NCBI GenBank assembly: GCA_963762255.1
Contig: CAVXKA010000003.1
Coordinates: 576,001-640,000, forward strand
Origin: Candidatus Eiseniibacteriota bacterium
GTDB taxonomy: Bacteria > Eisenbacteria > RBG-16-71-46 > JABDJR01
Length of the DNA: 64,000 bases
Direction: 5' to 3'
In this document: positions 34,339 to 44,753 of the stretch, piece by piece
Position numbering within the stretch: the first letter of the stretch is position 1
How the letters are laid out: each line of letters opens with the position of its first letter
The notes under the pieces: generated by a model
What the model was told of the DNA's origin: nothing
Seen by the model: only the letters and a program-made list of their open reading frames with translations
Database searches by the model: none
Position numbers and translations under genes: made by a program

Positions 34339-36607
34339 GCGGGGCCTCCCGGGTGCCGAGAGCGGTCTCGAGTTCGGGGCGGAACACGCTCTCGGCCAGA
34401 TCGTCGGACAGCGATTCTTCGCCCCCGTCCTTCTGCCATTGATACTTCACGCGCCCGTGGTAGACACCGATCAGCACGTGGATGAACGCATCGCGGATCC
34501 CGGCGAGGTCGGCCAGCGTCAACCCGCACTCGTCGAGCTGGCCGTCGACGATGCGGGATTGGAAGGTGCGGTCGAGCACGGCGCGGATACGGTCCGGGGT
34601 GTGTTCGTCCAGCGACCGCACGGTGGCCTCGGCCGCGTCGGCCAGCATCACGATGGCGGTTTCCTTGCTCTGAGGCTTCGGCCCGGGATAGCGGTAGTCG
34701 CGCTCGTCGACCTCGGCGTCCATCTCCAGGGCCTTGGTGAAGAAGTACTGCATGAGGGTCGTGCCCTGATGCTCCGGAATGAACGCCGCCACGCGAGTGG
34801 GGAGCCCGACCTCCCGGGCCACCTCCATTCCCTCGCGCACGTGCGACTCGAGGATGAGACTCGACATGGTCGGCGTCAGCCTCTCGTGGGGATTGTGCAT
34901 CCCCTTGCGCAGGTTCTCGCCGAAGTAGTCCGACTTCGCGATCTTGCCGACGTCATGGTAGTAGCCGCCCACACGGGCCAGGAGGCGGTTTGCCCCGATG
35001 GCCTCCGCCCCCGCCTCGGCGAGCGATCCCACCACCATGCTGTGGTGGTAGGTGCCGTTGGCCTCGAGCATCATGCGCTGGAAGATGGGGCGGTTGAGAT
35101 CGGAGAGTTCGAGCAGGGTGATGTCGGAGGCGAGATGAAAGATCCGCTCGAAGAGGGGCAGCATGAACATGGCCAGCGCGAACGAGAGGACCGCGTTGCC
35201 CGCCGTCCACAACGCCTCGACCGGCAGGTTGGAGCCGGGCACCCCCACCCCCACCAGCTCCACGCCGACCAGGGTGGCCAGCATCCCCGCCGCCGTCGGC
35301 ACGATGGCGCGCAGGAACTCCCACCGCTGGAAGACGCGGCGCATGGAGAACACCGCGACCGCGCCGCCCACCGCGGTGACCAGCGTCACCGGAAGCCCCC
35401 ATCCCGTCACCGCGCCGAGGAAGGCGGCCAGGACCATGACCATCCCAAGCGCCACAACCTCGCCCAGCAAGAGCGCGGTAACCACACCCGCCATCGGCAC
35501 CGGGACCACGAGAGGGTGCAGGCCGGGGACGCGCGCCACCACCGCAGCGAAGCCCAGCGTGAGGATGGCGAGCGACGTGACGGCGGTGTTGAGGTGAAGA
35601 TCGCGCCAGACCTCTCGGCTCGCCGATCGCAGGAACATGCCGAACAGGAAGACCGCCACCAGCACGAGCAGCGCGCGCCCCACCAGCGGCTTGAGATAGC
35701 CGGCCACGCCCTGCGCGCCCGCCCGCTCCTGCATCGCGCGGCGCAACGCCTCGAGGACGACGACCTGCTGGTGGGTGATGCGCTCGTGCGCGTCGACGAT
35801 GCGCTCGCCCTTCTGAATCGTGGTCAGCGTCGGGCTCACCGAGGCCCGGGCCGCGTCGCGGTCGCTGTCGGTAGCCGTGGGATCGTAAGCCAGATCGGGT
35901 ACGGCGAACGCAACCGCAAGCTCGGCCAGGGCCGCTCCCGCGCGCGGCCCCAGGCGTTCCTCCCCACGGAGCGCCGCGCGCGTGGCCAGGCGACCGGGGG
36001 TGAAGATATCGCTGGTGGAGATGATCTCCTCGCCGCGGGAGGTGCTCACACGAACGCGGCTTCTCCCCTCGAGAAGTCCCGCGTCGCCGCGGTCCACCAT
36101 CCCCTGCACGCGAGTCTCGTCGAGGAGACGATCCAGCTCCCGGATAAGAACGCGCCCGGAATCGGGGGAGGCGAGGATCTGTTGAGTGGATGCGCTCAGC
36201 GACACTCCCAACGAGTCGAGGAATCGCGCGACACGACGGCGATCCCGGCGCACCGTGTCGAGGCGCGCGACGAGCGGTCTCCGATCCTCGGAGGGCCGCT
36301 GCGCGACCGCCGGCACCACGGCCTCGGCGGCCAGAGAGCGCTCGCGTTCCAGATCCTGGGAAAGCTTGGGCACCCCGAAGTCGAACGGAGCGAGGATTTC
36401 CTCCGCGGAGACCGTCCCCTCGAGGTAAGCGGGCGGGGTCATCCCGGTTCGCAGCGGGAAGAGCACCGTCGTGGCGGCCAGGATGATCGCGCCCAGGAGC
36501 GCTCGCACCAGAATGCGGGTGCGTCTCGGCACCGGGGTCATCTCATGGGCGAGCTGCGCCCGCCGCCGCCGCCGGCCGCGGAAGAGCTTGTTCAGCCAGG
36601 GGAGCAT
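34289..36607 (-). CDS. pgpH: 7TM-HD (HDIG) phosphohydrolase, PgpH-like c-di-AMP phosphodiesterase
   Basis: Extracytoplasmic domain, 7 TM helices, GTYHHS, YYHDVGK, HQGT, YRYPGPKP, MLADAAEA. Confidence 0.88.
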   Translation of the reverse strand: MLPWLNKLFRGRRRRRAQLAHEMTPVPRRTRILVRALLGAIILAATTVLFPLRTGMTPPAYLEGTVSAEEILAPFDFGVPKLSQDLERERSLAAEAVVPAVAQRPSEDRRPLVARLDTVRRDRRRVARFLDSLGVSLSASTQQILASPDSGRVLIRELDRLLDETRVQGMVDRGDAGLLEGRSRVRVSTSRGEEIISTSDIFTPGRLATRAALRGEERLGPRAGAALAELAVAFAVPDLAYDPTATDSDRDAARASVSPTLTTIQKGERIVDAHERITHQQVVVLEALRRAMQERAGAQGVAGYLKPLVGRALLVLVAVFLFGMFLRSASREVWRDLHLNTAVTSLAILTLGFAAVVARVPGLHPLVVPVPMAGVVTALLLGEVVALGMVMVLAAFLGAVTGWGLPVTLVTAVGGAVAVFSMRRVFQRWEFLRAIVPTAAGMLATLVGVELVGVGVPGSNLPVEALWTAGNAVLSFALAMFMLPLFERIFHLASDITLLELSDLNRPIFQRMMLEANGTYHHSMVVGSLAEAGAEAIGANRLLARVGGYYHDVGKIAKSDYFGENLRKGMHNPHERLTPTMSSLILESHVREGMEVAREVGLPTRVAAFIPEHQGTTLMQYFFTKALEMDAEVDERDYRYPGPKPQSKETAIVMLADAAEATVRSLDEHTPDRIRAVLDRTFQSRIVDGQLDECGLTLADLAGIRDAFIHVLIGVYHGRVKYQWQKDGGEESLSDDLAESVFRPELETALGTREAPRGFANTPAAVAKTRRR

Positions 36608-36608
36608 G

Positions 36609-37610
36609 TCAGGCCGGTTCCCTCTCCGCCGCGCCCTGCTCCCCCGATCCAGAGATTCCAGACTCGTACCGGTCGAACGCTTCGAGGATGGCCATCACAA
36701 GCCGGTGACGCACGACGTCGCGCGCCTTGAAGTGAACGAACGAGATCCCTTCGGTGCCGCGGAGAATCCCCTGCACCTGAATGAGACCGCTCTCCTGCGG
36801 GTCCACGAGATCCACCTGGGTCACGTCCCCGGTGATGACCGCCTTGGAGTGCATGCCCAACCGGGTGAGAAACATCTTCATCTGCTTGACCGTCGTGTTC
36901 TGAGCTTCGTCGAGCACGACGAAGGCCTTCGACAACGTCCGGCCGCGCATGTAGGCCAGGGGCGCGATCTCCAGCACACCCAGCTCCTGAAAACGCTTGA
37001 GCTTGTCGTAGGCGATGAAATCGCGGAGCGCGTCGTAGAGGGGGCGCAGATAGGGATCGATCTTCTCCTCGAACGTGCCGGGAAGGAAACCGAGCTTCTC
37101 TCCCGCCTCCACCGCGGGGCGCGTGAGGACGATGCGTTCCACCTCGCGGTTGCGCAGAGCCTGCACGGCCATGGCCACCGCGAGGTACGTCTTGCCCGTC
37201 CCCGCCGGACCGATCCCGAACACCACGTCGTGGGAGCGGATCGCCTCCACGTATTCGATCTGTCCGAGCGACTTGAGCTGCACGCGGCACCGATCGAAGA
37301 CCAGGTCGGACGAGGGGCGGGAATCTGCCACCGCCTGGGGCCCCTCTTCGGCCAGAAGCGTGCTCAGGTAGTCGACGTCGCGGACCTCCACGACCAGGCC
37401 GCGGGCCACACGATCCGTCAATTCGCGCACGACCTCGGCGGCCTTGGCCACGTTTGCGCGGGGCCCGGAGAGCGTGAGGGTGCTCCCGCGGAGCACGGAG
37501 GAGACGCGGAATTGCTCCTCGAGGCGCCGCAGGTTCGCGTCCCGCTCCCCGAAGAGCATGACCGGATCGATGTGTCCGATTTCGATTTGAGTCGAGCTAG
37601 GTCCACTCAT
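36609..37610 (-). CDS. phoH: PhoH family ATPase
   Basis: GPAGTGKT, RPAVEAGEKLGFLPG, PLAYMRGRTL, DEAQN. Confidence 0.97.
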   Translation of the reverse strand: MSGPSSTQIEIGHIDPVMLFGERDANLRRLEEQFRVSSVLRGSTLTLSGPRANVAKAAEVVRELTDRVARGLVVEVRDVDYLSTLLAEEGPQAVADSRPSSDLVFDRCRVQLKSLGQIEYVEAIRSHDVVFGIGPAGTGKTYLAVAMAVQALRNREVERIVLTRPAVEAGEKLGFLPGTFEEKIDPYLRPLYDALRDFIAYDKLKRFQELGVLEIAPLAYMRGRTLSKAFVVLDEAQNTTVKQMKMFLTRLGMHSKAVITGDVTQVDLVDPQESGLIQVQGILRGTEGISFVHFKARDVVRHRLVMAILEAFDRYESGISGSGEQGAAEREPA

Positions 37611-37664
37611 GGTGCGGGGTCCGCCGGTCCTCTGGACCGGTCACCCCTGATCTGTCCCTCCGCA

Positions 37665-37738
37665 TGGCTGGGGAGCAAGGAATCGAACCTTGATTCTCGG
37701 CTCCAAAGACCGATGTCCTACCGTTGGACGACTCCCCA
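37665..37738 (-). tRNA. tRNA-Gln (anticodon UUG)
   Basis: TGGGGAGTCGTCCAACGGTAGGACATCGGTCTTTGGAGCCGAGAATCAAGGTTCGATTCCTTGCTCCCCAGCCA folds as a cloverleaf with encoded CCA. Confidence 0.97.
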
Positions 37739-37814
37739 TCGAACTCCGGGGCCAGAGCCGTTTTCGGCAGGCGCCCCAAAACAGCAAAGGGTTCCGTGCG
37801 GAACCCGGTGGCAG

Positions 37815-37843
37815 ACGCTAGCACCCGGGGGGCGGCATGTCAA
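37815..37843 (-). promoter_or_regulatory. sigma70 promoter TTGACA-N17-TAGCGT for tRNA-Gln/phoH
   Basis: Perfect -35, 17-nt spacer, TG extension. Confidence 0.65.
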
Positions 37844-37907
37844 CGCGCCTCGCGCCGGCACGATGACATAACACATTGTCGCGTATCCAATTACACGCCA
37901 CGAGCCG

Positions 37908-39749
37908 TCACTCGACCACCCGGACATGGAGATCCTTCAGGTCGTGCGGATCGACCTCGGCGGGGGCCCCGTCCATGAGACTCGCGGCGCGGGTGGTCTT
38001 GGGGAAGGCGATCACGTCGCGAAGCGATTTCCACCCCCCCATCAGCATGACCAGCCGGTCCAGTCCGGGGGCAATCCCCCCGTGGGGCGGGGCGCCGTAC
38101 TGGAATGCCTCCAGCAGGAACCCGAACTTCTGCTCGGCCTCCTCCATGCTCAGCCCGGCGACCTTCATCACCCGTTCCTGGATGTCCCGGCGGTGAATGC
38201 GGATGCTCCCCGAGGCGAGCTCGAGCCCGTTGGCGACCAGGTCGTAGAGAATCCCGTGTACCTTGCCGGGGTCGGTCTCGAGGTACGGCAGGTGCTCCTC
38301 GATCGGCATGGAGAAGAGGTGATGCGCGGCCTCCCAGCGACCCAGCTCGCGATTCCAGTCGAAGAGGGGGAATTCGCGAACCCAAAGGAAGTTGAATTCC
38401 TTCTCGCGGCCGGCCACGAGGGGCTCACCGAGTGCCGTCCGCACAGCGCCGAGCGCCTTGCAGGCCACCGTCCAGTCGTCGGCCACGAAGAGGAGCAGGT
38501 CGCCGGGCTCTGCGCCGAGCGCGGCGCGCACCGCCGCCCCCTCTCCGAGGAACTTCCCGATCCCCCCCTCGAAGCCCGCGGCCGCCACCTTGGTCCACGC
38601 CAGCCCCTTGGCGCCGTAGGTCTTCGCCGTCGCTTCGAGGTCGTCGATCTCTTTGCGGCTCTTCCCCGCCCCCCCGGGCACGCGCAACCCCTTGACCGTC
38701 CCACCCCGCGCGGCCGTCTCCGCGAACACCCGGAACTCGGTCGCGGCCACCACGTCCGTGACCGTGACCAGGTGCAGCTCGAAGCGGCGATCCGGTTTGT
38801 CGGTGCCGTAGGTGTCCATCGCCTCGCGGTAGGTCAGCCGCGGGAACGGCGTCGCGAGTTCGACCCCGATGCACTCGCGGAAGAGGTGGCTCATGAGCCC
38901 CTCCACCACCGCGTACACATCGTCCTCCCGCACGAACGCCATCTCGATGTCGATCTGGGTGTGCTCGGGTTGGCGGTCGGCGCGCAGGTCCTCGTCGCGC
39001 AGGCAACGCGCGAGCTGGAAGTAGCGATTGAACCCGGCCACCATCAGGATCTGCTTGTAGAGCTGCGGGCTCTGGGGCAGGGCGTAGAACTTGCCGGGGT
39101 GAAGGCGCGCGGGAACGATGTAGTCGCGGGCGCCTTCGGGGGTGGGGCGCACCAGGAGCGGCGTCTCCACCTCGATGAAGTCCTGCGCGAAGAGATACTT
39201 GCGCACCTCGAGGGTGAGCTTGCCGCGCAGTCGCATCGCGGCCTGCAAGCTGGGCCGGCGCAGGTCGAGGTAGCGGTAGCGCAGGCGCAGATCCTCCGAG
39301 GCGCCGGTCTCATCCTCCACTTCGAAGGGAGGAGTGCGCGAGACGTTGAGCACGCGCAGCTCGTCCGCATCCACCTCGATCTCGCCGGTGGCCATGTCGC
39401 GGTTGACCATGGTGTCGGGGCGGCGCACCACCGCGCCGCGCACCGCGAGCACGAACTCGGCGCGTGCGGCGCGCGCCTTGCGCAGCGCCTCCTCGGCCAC
39501 CTTGCCGGGGTGAAAGACGACCTGGGTCAGGCCGCTGTGATCGCGCAGGTCGATGAAGACCACGCCGCCGTGATCGCGCGTGCGCTGCACCCACCCCATG
39601 AGCACCGCGGGGGCGCCGGCGTCCGCGCCTCGGAGCGCGCCGCAGAGGTGCGTGCGCCGCCAGTCGCCCATCGACTCCGCGCTCACCCGAATCTCGTCGC
39701 TCGCCGTCGTCCCGTCTTCCGGCGTCGGCCGGCCTTCACGCGTGTTCAT
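37908..39749 (-). CDS. aspS: Aspartate--tRNA ligase (probably non-discriminating Asp/Asn)
   Basis: RTHLCG, RDHGGVVFIDLRD, TPEGARDY, ALPQSPQLYKQ, GAPPHGG, VIAFPK; exact start uncertain. Confidence 0.97.
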   Translation of the reverse strand: MNTREGRPTPEDGTTASDEIRVSAESMGDWRRTHLCGALRGADAGAPAVLMGWVQRTRDHGGVVFIDLRDHSGLTQVVFHPGKVAEEALRKARAARAEFVLAVRGAVVRRPDTMVNRDMATGEIEVDADELRVLNVSRTPPFEVEDETGASEDLRLRYRYLDLRRPSLQAAMRLRGKLTLEVRKYLFAQDFIEVETPLLVRPTPEGARDYIVPARLHPGKFYALPQSPQLYKQILMVAGFNRYFQLARCLRDEDLRADRQPEHTQIDIEMAFVREDDVYAVVEGLMSHLFRECIGVELATPFPRLTYREAMDTYGTDKPDRRFELHLVTVTDVVAATEFRVFAETAARGGTVKGLRVPGGAGKSRKEIDDLEATAKTYGAKGLAWTKVAAAGFEGGIGKFLGEGAAVRAALGAEPGDLLLFVADDWTVACKALGAVRTALGEPLVAGREKEFNFLWVREFPLFDWNRELGRWEAAHHLFSMPIEEHLPYLETDPGKVHGILYDLVANGLELASGSIRIHRRDIQERVMKVAGLSMEEAEQKFGFLLEAFQYGAPPHGGIAPGLDRLVMLMGGWKSLRDVIAFPKTTRAASLMDGAPAEVDPHDLKDLHVRVVE

Positions 39750-39837
39750 ACCGTCTCCTCGAGTGTCGCCGTCACGATTGCGCGGCCTCGTCCAAGTGAT
39801 GTTGCGCCGTCCGAGTCACGCCGCGCCCTTACGATCC

Positions 39838-41112
39838 CTAGCCGCGGGGCCGGCTCAAGACGCGCGCGATTTCGGTTTCGAGATCCCGGTCGGCGATCTC
39901 GGTCTGCTGACCCATGCCCATGTCCTTGACCGTCCAGGTTCCGCGCGCGAGTTCTCCCTCGCCGACAACCACCACGACGCGGGCGCCCGCCTTTCCCGCG
40001 CTCTTCATCTGGTTGCCGAGGCTGCGCGCCAGGAGGTCCACGTCGACGCGAAAGCTCGCGCGCAGTCGGCGCGCGAGGAGCATCCCCGCGGCGCGCTCGG
40101 CGTCGCCCCCCGTCACCACGACCGCGACATCGGGTACGATCGCGCCGGGGAGCGCCACTCCCTCCGCCTCCAGCGCGAGCAGGATGCGCTCGACACCCGT
40201 CGAGAATCCGACTCCGGGCGTGGCGGGACCGCCCACCTCCTCGATGAGGCGATCGTAGCGTCCGCCCCCTCCCACCGCGTTCTGCGAACCCAACCCGCCG
40301 TGCTGCATCTCGAACACGGTGCGGGTGTAGTAGTCGAGACCGCGCACCAGACGGTCATCCACCGCCACCTCGATCTTCGCCCCGCGCAGGAGCGCGAGCA
40401 GCGTGTCCTGATGCGTGCGGCAGTCGTCGCAGAGATGATCCTGAATGCTCGGGATCCCGGCCGCGACGTCGCGGCACTGCGGCACCTTGCAGTCCAGCAC
40501 TCGCAGCGGGTTCAGCTCCACGCGACGCACGCAGTCGGGGCAGAGCCGGTCCATGTGCTCCGAGAGATAGCGCCGCAAGGTCTCTGTGAACCGCGGGCGG
40601 CACACCGAGTCGCCCACGCTGTTCACCAAGGCCCGCACGCCGGTGAGCCCCACCGCGGCGAGCAGATCGCAGAGCAGCGCGATCATCTCGAAGTCTGCGC
40701 CGGGCGAGTCGGCGCCGAGGAGTTCCGCGCCGATCTGTTGATGCTGGCGGTAGCGCCCGGCCTGCGGTCGCTCGTAACGGAACATGGGGCCGATGTAGTA
40801 GACCTTCCAGGGCTTCGGCCCGGCGTAGAGCTTGTGCTCCACATACGCGCGCGCCACCGAGGCGGTCCCCTCCGGCCGCAGCGTGAGGCTTCGTCCCTTG
40901 CGATCGGCGAAGGTATACATCTCCTTCTGCACGATGTCGGTGGCCTCCCCCACGCCGCGCAGGAAAAGGTCGGTGTGTTCGAAGATGGGGGTACGGATCT
41001 CGCCGAACCCATAGCGGGAGAGAACGTCGCGGAACCGCTCCTCGACATGCTGCCATGCCGGGCTGCGGTCGGGGAGGATGTCCTGGGTTCCGCGGGGAGC
41101 CATCATGCTCAC
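39838..41112 (-). CDS. hisS: Histidine--tRNA ligase
   Basis: PRGTQDILP, LRPEGTA, FRYERPQAGRYRQ, LVRGLDYY, GGGRYD. Confidence 0.98.
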   Translation of the reverse strand: MSMMAPRGTQDILPDRSPAWQHVEERFRDVLSRYGFGEIRTPIFEHTDLFLRGVGEATDIVQKEMYTFADRKGRSLTLRPEGTASVARAYVEHKLYAGPKPWKVYYIGPMFRYERPQAGRYRQHQQIGAELLGADSPGADFEMIALLCDLLAAVGLTGVRALVNSVGDSVCRPRFTETLRRYLSEHMDRLCPDCVRRVELNPLRVLDCKVPQCRDVAAGIPSIQDHLCDDCRTHQDTLLALLRGAKIEVAVDDRLVRGLDYYTRTVFEMQHGGLGSQNAVGGGGRYDRLIEEVGGPATPGVGFSTGVERILLALEAEGVALPGAIVPDVAVVVTGGDAERAAGMLLARRLRASFRVDVDLLARSLGNQMKSAGKAGARVVVVVGEGELARGTWTVKDMGMGQQTEIADRDLETEIARVLSRPRG

Positions 41113-41519
41113 GCGTCTTCGTTCCTTTCGTTGGCCGCATCGCGCCGCCACAGCCAGTGCGGATGACGCGTCTTGCGCCGGCTCCATGCGTCGAGCAGCA
41201 CTCCGAACGTTACGCCGGCGGTATCGGCGCTCCAGTCGAAGAGGCTGCGGTTACGCCCCACAGTTCCCTGAAACAGCTCGTCCAGCGCACCCACCGTCGC
41301 CCCCAACACGAGCGCGAGCGCGATGCGGCGGGCCTTGCCTCCCGCCACCAGCGTGCGGCCCCAGGCCCGGGCCAGGAGCCCGCCAAGGAGCGCGTACTCC
41401 ACGAAGTGCGCGACCTTGTCGCCGTAGGCGAACTCACCGGGAGGCGACAGCGTGGATATCGACGACAGCGTGAAGATGAGGGCGGCGTAGGTCGCCACCG
41501 GCAGCCATGCGCTCCACAC
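41109..41519 (-). CDS. VanZ family protein
   Basis: IFTLSS, DKVAHFVEYALLG, DELFQ..V.R..S..DW.AD. Confidence 0.9.
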   Translation of the reverse strand: MWSAWLPVATYAALIFTLSSISTLSPPGEFAYGDKVAHFVEYALLGGLLARAWGRTLVAGGKARRIALALVLGATVGALDELFQGTVGRNRSLFDWSADTAGVTFGVLLDAWSRRKTRHPHWLWRRDAANERNEDA

Positions 41520-41525
41520 GGTGCG

Positions 41526-42062
41526 TCAGCCGGTGATCCGGGTTTCCTCGCGGCGGATGAGATCCATCGCGTCCGCGGAGGTTCGCGCGTGCAGGAGGCT
41601 GCGTTGCAGGTCTCCCGAATAGAGCAGGCGGCTGATGCGGGCAAGCACTCGGATGAACCCGCCGCGCTCTTCGGGCCCCACGACCAGGAAGACCAGTTGC
41701 ACCGGGCGTTCATCCAGCGCGTCGAAATCTATCGGACGCGCCACGCGGCCCAGCGCCAACGACAACCGGGTGGCGCCCGCGCTCTGCGCGTGCGGCACCG
41801 CGATGCCGCCCCCGATGCCGGTACTCATCACGCGCTCGCGCTGCTGGATGTCGGCGACCATGCGACGCGTATCGGTGACCGCCTTGCTGTCGTAGAGGGC
41901 CTGCACCAACGCCTCGATGACCGCGTCCTTCGTGGAAGCGGCAAGATCCAGTCGAATGCACGACGCGTCGAGGATTTCGGTGAGCAGGACCGCCCCCTTC
42001 GGGTCTGCACCCTCCGCCTGGACGGAAGGCGTGGAAGGCTCGTTCAAACTAAACGCGCGCAA
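41526..42062 (-). CDS. PTS IIA-like (PtsN/EIIA-Ntr family) protein
   Basis: RERVMSTGIGGGIAVPHA, IDFDALD..PV; GAAGGAG RBS before a TTG start. Confidence 0.9.
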   Translation of the reverse strand: MRAFSLNEPSTPSVQAEGADPKGAVLLTEILDASCIRLDLAASTKDAVIEALVQALYDSKAVTDTRRMVADIQQRERVMSTGIGGGIAVPHAQSAGATRLSLALGRVARPIDFDALDERPVQLVFLVVGPEERGGFIRVLARISRLLYSGDLQRSLLHARTSADAMDLIRREETRITG

Positions 42063-42080
42063 TCGATTCTCCTTCGTCGA

Positions 42081-42108
42081 ACTATACCAGCCGGCAACAG
42101 GGTGTCAA
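42081..42108 (-). promoter_or_regulatory. sigma70 promoter TTGACA-N16-TATAGT
   Basis: Near-consensus hexamers upstream of the PTS IIA gene. Confidence 0.65.
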
Positions 42109-42143
42109 GGAAGCGGGGTGAGATGAAGTGAGCCGCGGGCGGA

Positions 42144-42835
42144 TCAACGTCGATAGATGAAAGTCATCGCGAACCAGGCCTCGACGGGTTCCGCCCCGAG
42201 ACGGGCGGGCACGAACCGCATGCTCTCGGCGGATCGCTCCACTGCCTCGCGCAACGCGGTCGAGAGCGCGGGGGACGCCGGCTCGACCGCCGTCACGCGG
42301 CCATCGCGCCCGATGCGAAGGCGAACCGGGATCTCCAGGGGAGACGGGCAGGGATTCGGACTCCTGCGGGGTGAGGGGAAGCGCGCCGGCAAGGAGTCGG
42401 GGTGGTTGGTAGCGCGCCGAGGCCCCGCCGCCGATCCCATCGTCCCCACCGCCCGTCCCCTGCGAACCCGGCGATCCCTCGACCTCGCCACCCTCGCCGG
42501 CACTCCCACCCGCCGCCGGCTCCGCGACCGGAAGCTCACCGGTCACCGCCGGCGAAGGAGCCTCGATCGGCCGCGGAGGAATCACCTCCGGCACGGGCGC
42601 GGTCACCGGCGCGGCGGCATGGGCGGGCCGCGGCGACGGCTCGGGGGTATCCGCCAAGGAAACCACCATGAAGTCTCCGGCGCGCTCGGGTGACACGATC
42701 GACGGTCGATCCCGGGGTCACCGCGCGCCAGAGCGCGGCCGGAGCCGCAAGCAGGGCGAGGTGGCAAGCCACCGAGGCCGCCACCGCAGTGCGCAGCCGC
42801 GGCGCCGGACGCTCCGCCGGAGAGGGCGCCTTCAT
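42144..42835 (-). CDS. TonB-family energy transducer-like protein, two apparent frameshifts (about 42700 and 42337)
   Basis: TM anchor SVACHLAL (SHLS-like), Pro/Gly-rich linker, C-terminal VRLRIGRDGRV...MRFVPARLGAEPVEAW, spread over three frames. Confidence 0.7.
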
Positions 42836-44740
42836 CGGGACTTTCCAGGCGAGAGAACGGTGAACGGCGCGATGCGTCGCGCGGACCGGCCGCTCAAGAG
42901 ATCCTCGATCTCGACTTGAAGCTGGTAGCGGCCGGGGTCGAGGGGCGGCATGTCGAGGCTCAAGATTTGCTCGAGCTTCGATCCGGGATCGGCGACTTCG
43001 AACGCGAGTTCGGCCTGCGCCGGGTTCCGCCCCACGCGAAGGAGCACCTTGACCCAGCCGACAGCCGAGGGGCGCCCCACGCTCACCCGCACCCGCGCCC
43101 GGTGTGCGCCGTCCTCCCCCACGGCAAGACCGTAGGCCTCGAAGCCGATCCCCAGCGGCGCCCCCACCGGATAGCGATGGCCCGGGTTGGGAAGGCCGGC
43201 GCCGTACGCGCGCCGGTAGCGCCCCGACACGTCGTCGAAGGCGACCCGGGTCAAGAACGCGATGTCGCTCAGCGCCGGACCTTCCCCGGTCGCCTCCGCC
43301 GGGGAGAGGGTCGCGAAGCTCGCCGCACGCGCGCGTTCCCCGCGGTCCAGCGTCTCCAGCCCCACGATCGCGCTGTCGGAGATCCCGTCCACGATGAAGA
43401 TCCCCACCAGGCGGCCGAGCGGGTCGCGCTCGAACTGCGCCCAGCTCGCCACCGCGGAGTCCTTGAGCGTCCAGCGATCGTCGTAGAGCGCCACCTTTCC
43501 CGCAAGCCGGTGGGGCGCGTCGAGAAGATCCTGCGGCCACTCGTCGGGGGCCAGCGCCGCGACGACCTCGATGCGGCCCGCCCCGTGCGGATCCTGGAAG
43601 CGCCACAGTTCGACCTCCTGGCCGAATTCGGGCGCGGTCTGGGGAGACGCGTACGTGGTCGGCGTCCCCACCATGAAGAGATCCTGGCTCTGCGGCGTCC
43701 CTTCGATTGGATTGAAGAACCGCCCGCTGAGGTTGTAGTCGACGAACGTGAAGTAGAGCGGCGCGTCTCCGTCGCCGAGCCGGACTTCCAGCGTGGGCGC
43801 GGCAAGAGTCGCCGAGATGCGGTACTCCCTGGCCCGCACCACATCCTTGCGATAGACGAAATCGTCGGGAAGGCCGTAGCGCACCAGCGCCTGACCCGGG
43901 GCATGGTCCCAACCGCGCACCGAACCCGACTCGATCCCGAAGAGAAGTTCCGCCTGCACGACACGGCGATAGTGCTCGAGCAGCCGTGGGTTCTCGAGAT
44001 CGGCGGGCGTCGGGTCGTTCCAGCGCCAGTAGTCGTCCCAGAACCGCGCGCTGTCGGGCGCCGCGAGGCGGAGCTCCTCCGCGGCGGGATCGAGCACGGC
44101 AAGGGTCGTGAAGGGACGGAGCTCCTCGGGGGAGAGCCGTGCGAGACCGGCGCGGTACGCTTCCGCCGCGCGGCGCCAGGCCCGGGTCTCGGTGAGGCGT
44201 GCCGCGCGGACGAGATCGGGCCATCCACTCTCCGGTTCCACCATCCCGCCACCGCGCGCAGAGGGAGTCCAGCTCCGAGGCGCGCCCCTCGTACAGGGCA
44301 AGCCGCACGGCCCGTCGCACCGCGTTGGGGTTCGCGGGATCGAGTTGGAGCGAGACCCGGTTCTCTTGCGCCGCATCATCGAGGAGTTCGCCGCGCAGTG
44401 TGCTCTGGTAGCGGCGGAGCTGGTGGGCGGCCAACTCGCTCCAGAGATCGGAGCGATCCGGGGCCAGCGCCAGCGCTTGCGCATAGGCATCGCGCGCCTC
44501 CTGCAGGAACCCCCGTCGATCCTGGAGGCGGGCGAGTCGGACCCAGAGATCGACGTCGCCGGGACGGCTCAGCAGCACTTCGGTGAGGGAAGATGCTTCC
44601 TGCCGGCGCTCTTCGATCTCGCGGCTCGCATCGACCGCGGAGGCGGGCTGCGGCGAGAGGCCGGCACAAGCCGCAAAGAGAACGAAGAAGAACGCACGCT
44701 TCGCCCCAAGACCGAGCCGACCGGAGACGGCCCGCCGCAC
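42832..44740 (-). CDS. TPR + GWxTD-like domain exported protein, apparent frameshift near 44246
   Basis: Signal peptide, TPRs, then YWRWNDPTPADLENPRLLEHYRRV..A...FG...GWDHAPGQALVRYGLPD; C-terminal Ig-like region. Confidence 0.75.
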
Positions 44741-44753
44741 GCCGGGGCCGGCG

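Noticed and set aside
37665-37738. tRNA-Gln as an integration site for a genomic island
   Set aside because: No integrase or duplicated tRNA 3' end seen, and the flanks are housekeeping genes
37861-37893. dif-like site (TTATGTCAT resembles the XerD arm); similar candidate at 15683-15711
   Set aside because: The XerC arm and 6-bp spacer do not fit (only 4 bp between arms); better explained by the IHF-like motif
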